Positions 1-7,018 of a DNA stretch of 26,786 nucleotides are shown one piece after another (the stretch's first letter is position 1; each line of letters begins with the position of its first letter). The stretch is from a candidate division WOR-3 bacterium (lineage in GTDB: Bacteria > Hydrothermota > Tepidihabitantia > Tepidihabitantales > Tepidihabitantaceae): NCBI GenBank assembly GCA_965649225.1, contig CBFGJX010000027.1, positions 1 to 26,786 of the forward strand, given 5' to 3'. The translations under genes were made by a program, and so were the position numbers. The notes below the pieces were generated by a model, which searched no databases, was not told where the DNA came from, and worked only from the letters and a program-made list of their open reading frames with translations.

Positions 1-1
1 C

Positions 2-1342
2 CGGACCTGGCTGGCATTCCCGGAAGGCATCTACCGGGTAAAGGCATGGACCACGCTGGGTGAAGACATCAACCCGGCCAACGACACCATCGTCAACGCC
101 TTTGGCGTCGGCACCCAGATCAGCTCGGCCTGGAGCGAGATAACTCAGGTGCCGCTTTCGCCCTCCGGCAAGGCGGTCAAGGACGGCGGGGCGATTGCCT
201 TTGATGCCGGGATGGGTGTCCACTATGTCCTCAAAGGCAACAAGACCGCCGACTTCTACAGCTTCGACGGCACGACCTGGACCACACTCGCCGGCATTCC
301 GGCCGGAGTCGAGAACAAGCTACCGGCCAAGGGTGCCAATCTCTGCACCGACGGCAACGGCGTGGTCTATGCGGTCAAGGGCAACAACACCCAGGGCTTC
401 TGGAAGTACAGCGACTCGACCGGCTGGGTCCAGCTCGCCGACATCCCGCTCGGTGCTTCCAACAAGAAGGTCAAAGGTGGCACCGACCTGGTCTATGTCC
501 CCGGCGACTCGGGCTATGTCTACCTGCTCAAAGGCTACAAGACCGAGTTCTACCGCTACAACGTCACCTCCGGTCAGTGGGAGACGCTTGCTGACGCTCC
601 GGCCGGACAGAAGGCCAAGTGGGACAAAGGCTCCTGGCTGGCCCTGGACCTTGCCGGCAACCGCATCTTTGCCCACAAGGCCAAGTATCACGAGCTGTAT
701 GCCTATGACCTCGCCACCGGCAACTGGGGTGAGCAGCTGGCGGGCATGCCGCTGCTCAATAGCCAGACCGGCAAGAGCAAGAAGAGCAAGGACGGCTCGG
801 ACGGCGTGGTGATGGGCGGCATGCTCTATGCTTTGAAGGGTGGCAACACCTGTGACTTCTACGCCTACGATCTCGCCAGTGGCACCTGGGCGGAGAAAGA
901 GACGATGCCGCAGGTGGGCAGCACCCAGAAGAAGAAGCGGGTCAAAGGTGGTGGTGGGCTGACCACCGACGGCAGCTTCATCTATGCCCTGAAGGGCAAC
1001 AAGACGGTGGAGCTGTGGCGCTACACACCGGGCACGGTGATGGCGGCCGCGCCGGTCCGTTCCGGTGTCATGGCTGGCACTACTGTCCCGCCGGTGGGCA
1101 TGACGCTCGGGCCCAACCCGCTGACCGGCAACACGGCGCTGCTGCGCTGGAGTCTGCCGGCGGCCGCTCCGGCGACGGTGCAGGTGTATGACATCACCGG
1201 CCGGACGGTGCTGGTGCGCAGTCTGGCCGCCGGTCGCAGTGGTGCCACCAGTCTCGACCTGCGCGGTCTTGCCGCTGGTGTCTATCTGGTCCGGCTCACG
1301 GCCGGTGACTACACCGCGGCGCAGAAGCTCGTCATCGAGTAG
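2..1342 (+). CDS. 5'-truncated secreted/surface protein: end of a CARDB/Ig-like domain, 6-bladed Kelch-like beta-propeller, C-terminal T9SS type A (Por secretion)-like sorting domain
   Basis: Frame is open from position 2 (RTWLAFPEGIYRVKAWTTLGEDINPANDT...), so the GTG at 149 is internal. Six repeats of Y-x-L-K-G-x-x-T...F-x-x-Y...W. Tail GPNP...VQVYDITGR...LAAGVYLVRL...QKLVIE matches the CTD pattern. Confidence 0.85.
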   Translation, partial: RTWLAFPEGIYRVKAWTTLGEDINPANDTIVNAFGVGTQISSAWSEITQVPLSPSGKAVKDGGAIAFDAGMGVHYVLKGNKTADFYSFDGTTWTTLAGIPAGVENKLPAKGANLCTDGNGVVYAVKGNNTQGFWKYSDSTGWVQLADIPLGASNKKVKGGTDLVYVPGDSGYVYLLKGYKTEFYRYNVTSGQWETLADAPAGQKAKWDKGSWLALDLAGNRIFAHKAKYHELYAYDLATGNWGEQLAGMPLLNSQTGKSKKSKDGSDGVVMGGMLYALKGGNTCDFYAYDLASGTWAEKETMPQVGSTQKKKRVKGGGGLTTDGSFIYALKGNKTVELWRYTPGTVMAAAPVRSGVMAGTTVPPVGMTLGPNPLTGNTALLRWSLPAAAPATVQVYDITGRTVLVRSLAAGRSGATSLDLRGLAAGVYLVRLTAGDYTAAQKLVIE

Positions 1343-1360
1343 TCCGGACCGGGTCCTTTT

Positions 1361-1396
1361 CACCGGGGCGGCCCAGTGCCGCCCCGGTGTCGTTTC
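1361..1396 (+). terminator. Probable intrinsic terminator hairpin
   Basis: Perfect 12-bp GC stem CACCGGGGCGGC (1361-1372) / GCCGCCCCGGTG (1378-1389), 5-nt loop, followed by TCGTTTC; 18 nt after the stop codon. Confidence 0.75.
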
Positions 1397-1427
1397 ACAG
1401 CCGCAGCCGGACCGACTGATGTCCGGT

Positions 1428-1467
1428 TTGACATTTTCAGGTGGTTGTCGCAACATTGTTTGAGGTG
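1428..1467 (+). promoter_or_regulatory. Putative sigma70 promoter and RBS for the Ycf48-like gene
   Basis: TTGACA (1428-1433), 17 nt, CAACAT (1451-1456, weak -10); SD GAGGTG (1462-1467) before ATG 1473. Confidence 0.45.
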
Positions 1468-1472
1468 TAAGA

Positions 1473-2375
1473 ATGGCGAACCGCATCAACGGTCTGCTGA
1501 CAATCGACGACAGTTTCATCGCCTGGGCGGCCGGCGACAACGGTCTGTTGCTTTTCAGCAGCGACGGCGGTGCCAGCTGGCGACACGTCGATTCCGGTTG
1601 TCGTTACAACCTGTACTCGGTGTCTTTTCCCGGACAGGGAACCATCGGTTATGCCGCCGGCGACAAGGGCACGATTCTGAAAACCGAGGACGCTGGCCGC
1701 ACCTGGCGCCGACTGGCGACCGGGGTCGAGGTTGACCTGCGCGTGGTGAAATTTCCGGTTTCGCCTCAGGTTGGCTTTGCCGCTGGCGACCGCGGGACTT
1801 TTCTCCGCACTGCTGACGATGGACAGACCTGGCAGCAGTTGCCGGCGGCAACGAGCGACAAAATCATGGACATGTGTTTCCCCAGTGATGAACTCACCGG
1901 CTATGCCGTCGGGCCAAACGGTGCCATTCTCAAGACTACCACCGGCGGTGCAACCTGGTTCTCACAGTCCGGCAATATCCAGAACCTGCTGCCCGGTATC
2001 GCCATTACCGCAGTCCATTTTCCAGCCGATGACACTGTCGGCTTTGCGACCACTGCCGGCGGCGATGTCCTGTTCACGCCGGATGGCGGCGAAACCTGGC
2101 GCCCGCTGCGCCGCGACTCGACGCTGCCCCCACTCTATTCGCTGGACATGCGCCGGGATACACTCGGTGGCTGGGCAGTGGGAGCATCGGGCACTGCAAT
2201 CCGGACCCTGGATGGCGGCAACTCATGGGAAAGAGTCCTGCTGCCGACCGAGCACGACCTCTTTAGCATCCGATTCTTCGCCGACGGCATCATCGGCATC
2301 ATCGCCGGTGATGAAATGACCATTCTGCAGTGTTCCGACAGCGGCAGTTGCTGGGCACCGGCCGAGATTGCTTAG
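1473..2375 (+). CDS. Ycf48/HCF136-like (BNR/Asp-box) beta-propeller protein
   Basis: About seven repeats of G-x-A-x-G-x-x-G-x-I-L-x-T-x-D-G-G-x-T-W (SSDGGASW, TEDAGRTW, TADDGQTW, TTTGGATW, TPDGGETW, TLDGGNSW, CSDSGSCW). Confidence 0.85.
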   Translation: MANRINGLLTIDDSFIAWAAGDNGLLLFSSDGGASWRHVDSGCRYNLYSVSFPGQGTIGYAAGDKGTILKTEDAGRTWRRLATGVEVDLRVVKFPVSPQVGFAAGDRGTFLRTADDGQTWQQLPAATSDKIMDMCFPSDELTGYAVGPNGAILKTTTGGATWFSQSGNIQNLLPGIAITAVHFPADDTVGFATTAGGDVLFTPDGGETWRPLRRDSTLPPLYSLDMRRDTLGGWAVGASGTAIRTLDGGNSWERVLLPTEHDLFSIRFFADGIIGIIAGDEMTILQCSDSGSCWAPAEIA

Positions 2376-3198
2376 CGGTCATCCCCTGAAAACCGGCTCG
2401 AAGTTGTCAGCAAAAGAACGCCATCGGCAGCGTCGCGAGTCATTCGATTCAATCGCGGAAGTTTACGAACGGGTCCGTCCCAGCTATCCCGAAGAGCTGT
2501 TCGACGACCTTGTCGCACTGGCGCGGCTCGCACCGTCATCGCGGATACTGGAAATCGGCCCGGGCACCGGCCAGGCGTCGCTGCCGCTTGCCCGACGCGG
2601 CTTCCGGCTTTACGCCGTAGAACTTTCCCCCCGCATGGCCCGGGTATGGCGCCAACGGTTGCGTAGCTTCCCCGGTTCCAGCATCGTCGTCGCTGATTTT
2701 GACCACTGGCAGCCGGAATCCGGGGAGTTCGACATGGTGCTGGCGGCATCATCATTTCACTGGCTTTCCCGCCGGACCGCGTTCAGGCACTGCGCCGCGT
2801 TACTCAAACCCGCCGGCAGCATTGCGCTTGTCTGGCATTTCCGTCTGACACCAAAGACACCGCTCCAACGCGACATCGATACTGCCTACCAGCAACTGGG
2901 GCTGAGGAAATGGCATGCCCGTCCGCCGGAACAACGAATCCAGCGTCAGAAGGAGCTGTTGCTCAACTCAGGCCTGTTTCGGCCGGTAACCGTCAAACGC
3001 TACCCGGTCTCGGTTGATTACTCGGCCAGCGAATACATCGATCTGCTCAGCACCATGTCCGACCACGCAATCTTGCCGCCGGCCGTAAGGCAACGGTTGT
3101 TTGGCAAAGTAAGAGAAGCCATCGAGAACCATGGTGGTATCCTGCGCCGCGACTACATCACCACCCTGTTCTGGGCACCCTGCCGGCATTCGGCTTGA
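2368..3198 (+). CDS. Class I SAM-dependent methyltransferase
   Basis: SFDSIAEVYERVRPSYP N-terminal motif, motif I ILEIGPGTG, AVELSPRM, FDMVLAASSFHW, LLKPAGSIAL. Start codon uncertain. Confidence 0.88.
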   Translation: MLSGHPLKTGSKLSAKERHRQRRESFDSIAEVYERVRPSYPEELFDDLVALARLAPSSRILEIGPGTGQASLPLARRGFRLYAVELSPRMARVWRQRLRSFPGSSIVVADFDHWQPESGEFDMVLAASSFHWLSRRTAFRHCAALLKPAGSIALVWHFRLTPKTPLQRDIDTAYQQLGLRKWHARPPEQRIQRQKELLLNSGLFRPVTVKRYPVSVDYSASEYIDLLSTMSDHAILPPAVRQRLFGKVREAIENHGGILRRDYITTLFWAPCRHSA

Positions 3199-3222
3199 CT
3201 TCCCTGTCAGCAATTCTAAAAT
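3195..3222 (+). promoter_or_regulatory. Putative sigma70 promoter (near-leaderless) for the Fe-S protein gene
   Basis: TTGACT (3195-3200), 16 nt, TAAAAT (3217-3222), 8 nt, ATG 3231; no SD. Confidence 0.65.
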
Positions 3223-3230
3223 CGCCTTCC

Positions 3231-4340
3231 ATGCCCACTGAAACCCACAATGTTCGCGCCTGCATCCAGTGCGGCCGCTGCTCCGGCGGCTGCCCGGTAT
3301 CAATCAAGTCCAATCTCAATGTCCGGCGGCTGGTTTATCTCCGCGTCAACGATATCGCTGACGCCGATGGCGCGGTTGACGCCGGTATCTGGGAATGCAC
3401 AACCTGCACCACCTGCAACGACCGCTGCCCCAAGTCGGTGAGACCCGCTGACCTCGTCGTCGAACTGCGCTCGCGCGTAATCGAAGCCGGCCGGATGAGC
3501 GATACCGTCATCAAGGCACTGGAAAGCACCTACCTGCAGGGTAATCCCTGGGGCCGGGCGCGAGAGAAACGACTCGACTGGCTGGCCGGACTTGACCTCA
3601 AGATCCTGGCTCCGGGCGAAACAACCGAGAATCTTTTGTTTGTCTGCTGCACCAACTGCTACGACCAGCGTTGCCAGCCGGTTGCCCGGGCAGTCAGCCA
3701 GCTCCTCCTCACTGCCGGAGTCGATTTTGCCATCCTCGGCGATGCCGAGTCCTGCTGTTCAAGCGAACAACTGCGTATGGGCGAAACTGGCCTGTTCGAA
3801 GAGATGGCCAACGCCAACACCGCTGCGCTGGCCGAACGCCGTTTTACCCGGATTGTCACTGTTTCTCCACACTGTCTGACGACTTTCCGCCGCGACTATC
3901 CCGGTATTCGCCAGCCGGTCATCCATTACACCCAGCTGCTGTCGGAACTGCTCGATGCCGGCCGGCTGAAAATCGCCCGCCCGCTGGAGGAAACTGTCAC
4001 CTACCACGACCCCTGCTATCTTGGCAAGCAGAACCGGATCTTCGATGAACCGCGGGCACTGCTGCGCGCTCTGGCCGGCGACCGGTTTGTTGAACTTGAC
4101 CGTTCGCGGGAAATCAGCCTGTGCTGCGAAGGTGGCGGCGGGCGGATGTGGTCCGAATCGGCTTTCAAGGGCCGGCTGGCCGAAGTGCGCGTCAAAGATG
4201 CTCTCGACCGCAACGCGAGCGTCCTCGCTACTGCCTGTCCATTCTGCCTTTTGACCCTTGAAGACGCCGTCAAGACAACCAACTCCGAAGACCGCATTCG
4301 CGTCCGCGACATCGCCGAACTGCTGGTTGAGGCACTGTAA
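3231..4340 (+). CDS. HdrD/GlpC-like (Fe-S)-binding oxidoreductase subunit (2x[4Fe-4S] ferredoxin domain plus two CCG domains)
   Basis: CIQCGRCSGGCP and CTTCTTCNDRCP; CCG-domain motifs FVCC, ESCCS, SPHC, TYHDPCYLG, CCEGGGG, TACPFC. ATG 3231 is preferred over TTG 3195, which is the -35 box. Confidence 0.88.
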   Translation: MPTETHNVRACIQCGRCSGGCPVSIKSNLNVRRLVYLRVNDIADADGAVDAGIWECTTCTTCNDRCPKSVRPADLVVELRSRVIEAGRMSDTVIKALESTYLQGNPWGRAREKRLDWLAGLDLKILAPGETTENLLFVCCTNCYDQRCQPVARAVSQLLLTAGVDFAILGDAESCCSSEQLRMGETGLFEEMANANTAALAERRFTRIVTVSPHCLTTFRRDYPGIRQPVIHYTQLLSELLDAGRLKIARPLEETVTYHDPCYLGKQNRIFDEPRALLRALAGDRFVELDRSREISLCCEGGGGRMWSESAFKGRLAEVRVKDALDRNASVLATACPFCLLTLEDAVKTTNSEDRIRVRDIAELLVEAL

Positions 4341-4347
4341 AACTACC

Positions 4348-6342
4348 GTGCGCAACAGCTCATTCTGGTGGCTGTTGCTGTCTGCCGCAGCGGGTCAGGT
4401 CCAGGCCGCCGGCGTTCTCGGTTTGCCCAGTATCGACGAGATTGTCAACTACCGGCCTCCGGCAGCAACACGGGTTCTTGACTGCAAGGGCCGGGTAATC
4501 GCCGATTTCTTCTCCGAAAAACGCCGCCCGGTCCCGCTCGAGTCAATCCCGATCGCCATGCGTGAAGCAGTGATTGCGGTCGAAGACCGGAGATTTTACA
4601 GTCACTGGGGCATCGACATGGTCCGGATTCCAGGCATCATCTGGGGCGCAGTTCGCAGCGGTGGCCGGATTCGCGGCACTTCGACCATCACCCAACAGCT
4701 CGCCCGGTCGATGTTTCTCTCCCCTGACCGTACTGTCACGCGCAAGGTCAAGGAGATGCTGGTGGCGGTTGAACTGGAGCGGCACTACTCCAAAGACGAA
4801 ATTCTTGAGCTGTACTTCAATCAGGTCTGGTTCGGCGGACCGACGTATGGCGTTGAGGCCGCTGCCGAGCGCTACTTCGGCAAAACTGCCGCTGCCCTGA
4901 ACCCGGTGGAGTGCGCCACCCTCGCAGCAATGATTGCCAACCCCTCGGTCTACTCGCCCTGGACTCATCCCGACCGCCTGCTCAAGCGGCGTAATTTCTT
5001 CCTGGCGACGATGCGCCGTCTCGGTCGAATCAACGATGCCCAGTACACCCGCTACTCAAAACAGCCGCTGGGGGTTCTGCCGCCCGGTTCGCAGACCAAC
5101 GAGGCGCCCTATTTCGTTGAAGAAATCCGGCGCTACCTTGCCGAACGATACGGCTATAGTTTCGTTTACAGCTCCGGAGCCGTGGTCCACACGACTCTCG
5201 ACCTGGACGTCCAGCGCGCGGCCAACACTGCGGTCAGCGAACGCGTTGAGCGGATTGAACGCGACTACGGCCTCCGCCCCAGCAAATCGCACTACGACTC
5301 AGTCGCCCGGCTCGATTCAACTATTGGCGCACCCCGCTATCTTCAGGCGGCGCTTGTCGCAATGGAAGTCGGCACCGGTGCAGTCCGGGCAATGGTCGGT
5401 GGCCGGGATTTTGGGGCCAGCGAGTTCAACCGGGCCACCCAGGCCCGACGACAGGCCGGCTCAACCTTCAAACCGTTCGTCTGGGCGGCTGCAATCGACA
5501 ACGGCATGACTGCAGCCGACATTGAATACGATTCGGCCATTGCCATCCCGATACCGGGCCAGCCGGTTTACCGGCCGCGCAATTTCGACGGCAAGTTTCT
5601 CGGTCCGATTTCGCTGCGTCGGGCACTGGCGCTCTCCCGCAACCTTGTTTCGGTCCGGCTGATTCAGAAGCTCGGTCCCGAACTGGTGGTTCGCTATGCC
5701 CACCAGCTCGGCATTACCTCGCCCCTGCGGCCGGTGTATTCGCTGGCACTCGGCTCGGTGGAAGTCTCGCTGCTGGAAATGACCCGGGCCTTCAACACGT
5801 TCGCCAACGGCGGTGTCAGAGTTGAACCGGTGATGGTCACAAAGATCGAAGACAATCGCGGTACGGTAATCGAGCAACACCGCTTCGACTGCCAGCCCGT
5901 GCTCCGTCCCGCCGTCGCTTACATCATCACCAGCATGCTGCAGAGCGTCGTCAATGAAGGCACCGGCGCGGCCGTTCGCGCCGTCGGCTACTCCGGCCCG
6001 GCCGCCGGCAAGACCGGAACTACTGACGACTATACCGACATCTGGTTCATCGGCTATACTCCCGAGCTGTGCTGTGGCGTCTGGATTGGCTTTGACCAGA
6101 AGCGCACGATCTACCGCGGTGCCACCGGCGGTGGCGGCGCGGCTCCGATCTGGGGCGAGTTCATCAAGCGTGTCCGCCCTGATTCCCTGGCCAGCCGGGA
6201 ATTCGCCATCCCCGACTCGATCATCACCACACCGGTCTGTGAAATGTCGGGCCAGCTCGCCCGCCCGTCCTGTCCCCGAGTTGTCTACGAAGTTTTCATC
6301 AGCGGCACGGAACCAACCGCCCAGTGCCGTCTTCACCAGTAA
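4348..6342 (+). CDS. Class A penicillin-binding protein (PBP1A family, transglycosylase/transpeptidase)
   Basis: GT51 motifs EDRRFYSHWG, GTSTITQQLA, RKVKE, KDEILELYFN; TPase motifs STFK, SRN, KTGT. GTG 4348 (just after the upstream stop) is preferred over TTG 4258. Confidence 0.93.
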   Translation: MRNSSFWWLLLSAAAGQVQAAGVLGLPSIDEIVNYRPPAATRVLDCKGRVIADFFSEKRRPVPLESIPIAMREAVIAVEDRRFYSHWGIDMVRIPGIIWGAVRSGGRIRGTSTITQQLARSMFLSPDRTVTRKVKEMLVAVELERHYSKDEILELYFNQVWFGGPTYGVEAAAERYFGKTAAALNPVECATLAAMIANPSVYSPWTHPDRLLKRRNFFLATMRRLGRINDAQYTRYSKQPLGVLPPGSQTNEAPYFVEEIRRYLAERYGYSFVYSSGAVVHTTLDLDVQRAANTAVSERVERIERDYGLRPSKSHYDSVARLDSTIGAPRYLQAALVAMEVGTGAVRAMVGGRDFGASEFNRATQARRQAGSTFKPFVWAAAIDNGMTAADIEYDSAIAIPIPGQPVYRPRNFDGKFLGPISLRRALALSRNLVSVRLIQKLGPELVVRYAHQLGITSPLRPVYSLALGSVEVSLLEMTRAFNTFANGGVRVEPVMVTKIEDNRGTVIEQHRFDCQPVLRPAVAYIITSMLQSVVNEGTGAAVRAVGYSGPAAGKTGTTDDYTDIWFIGYTPELCCGVWIGFDQKRTIYRGATGGGGAAPIWGEFIKRVRPDSLASREFAIPDSIITTPVCEMSGQLARPSCPRVVYEVFISGTEPTAQCRLHQ

Positions 6343-6346
6343 TCGG

Positions 6347-6988
6347 CTGAGCCCGGCGTCCAGAAGGGCGATTATCTGGATTTACCGTCGTTTGTTCGCT
6401 GCTTTCGGCCCTCAAAAGTGGTGGCCGGCAAGAAGCACTTTTGAAGTCTGCGTCGGTGCCATTCTGACTCAGAACACTGCCTGGCCAAATGTCGAGCGCG
6501 CTGTTGCCGCCCTGCGGACAGCCGGGCTGCTCGAACCGGCCCGCCTTGCCCGGCAGGACCCGACGACTCTGGCTCGGCTCATCCGCCCTGCCGGTTGTCC
6601 GCAGGTCAAAGCCGGCCGCCTGCTCGCTTTCGCTGACTGGCTCAGCCGGAATGGCGGATTCGATGCACTCAAGCACCGGTCGACCACAGCACTGCGCCAG
6701 AGTTTGCTGAGCGTCCATGGCGTCGGACCGGAAACCGCCGATTCAATCCTGCTTTACGCCCTGGACCGACCGGTGTTTGTCGTTGACAACTACACCCGGC
6801 GGACGCTGACCCGCTACGGACTGATTCTAGGCAACGAAAGCTATTCGGCGATTCAACAGCTCTTCCATCAAGCACTGCCGGCGATACCGTATCTGTTCAA
6901 CGAGTACCATGCACTGCTGGTTCAGCTCGGCAAGACTTACTGTCGCCCAGTGCCCGACTGCAATCCATGCCCCCTCGCGGCAGTTTGA
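6347..6988 (+). CDS. Endonuclease III-related HhH-GPD DNA glycosylase; start codon uncertain
   Basis: IYRRLFAAFGPQKWWP, FEVCVGAILTQNTAW, HhH LLSVHGVGPETADSILLYA, VVDNY, YHALLV, C-terminal CRPVPDCNPCPL. No ATG nearby; candidate starts are CTG 6347, ATT 6371, TTG 6392 and GTG 6239. Confidence 0.85.
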   Translation: MSPASRRAIIWIYRRLFAAFGPQKWWPARSTFEVCVGAILTQNTAWPNVERAVAALRTAGLLEPARLARQDPTTLARLIRPAGCPQVKAGRLLAFADWLSRNGGFDALKHRSTTALRQSLLSVHGVGPETADSILLYALDRPVFVVDNYTRRTLTRYGLILGNESYSAIQQLFHQALPAIPYLFNEYHALLVQLGKTYCRPVPDCNPCPLAAV

Positions 6989-7012
6989 CTTGGACACCGC
7001 GATATCTAACAT
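6985..7012 (+). promoter_or_regulatory. Putative sigma70 promoter (leaderless) for the lptD-like gene
   Basis: TTGACT (6985-6990), 16 nt, TAACAT (7007-7012), 6 nt, TTG 7019. Confidence 0.6.
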
Positions 7013-7018
7013 CGGAAG

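Noticed and set aside
836..849. Short DNA identities between the two Kelch/CTD genes (e.g. AAGGGTGGCAACAC, again near 18068) as DGR or recombination repeats
   Set aside because: They only encode the conserved KGGNT peptide; there is no long near-identical repeat, adenine-specific mismatch pattern or reverse transcriptase gene.
320..1540. 406-aa antisense ORF and the many other long shadow ORFs (e.g. 5461-6336, 21378-22160, 23774-24502)
   Set aside because: They lie opposite or out of frame to well-supported genes, have no family motifs, and are expected from high GC3 codon bias.
5954..6346. N-terminal 130 aa of the tracked 344-aa ORF as part of the EndoIII-like protein
   Set aside because: Overlaps the PBP1A transpeptidase domain and is low-complexity Ser/Pro/Arg text; family similarity starts only near 6370.
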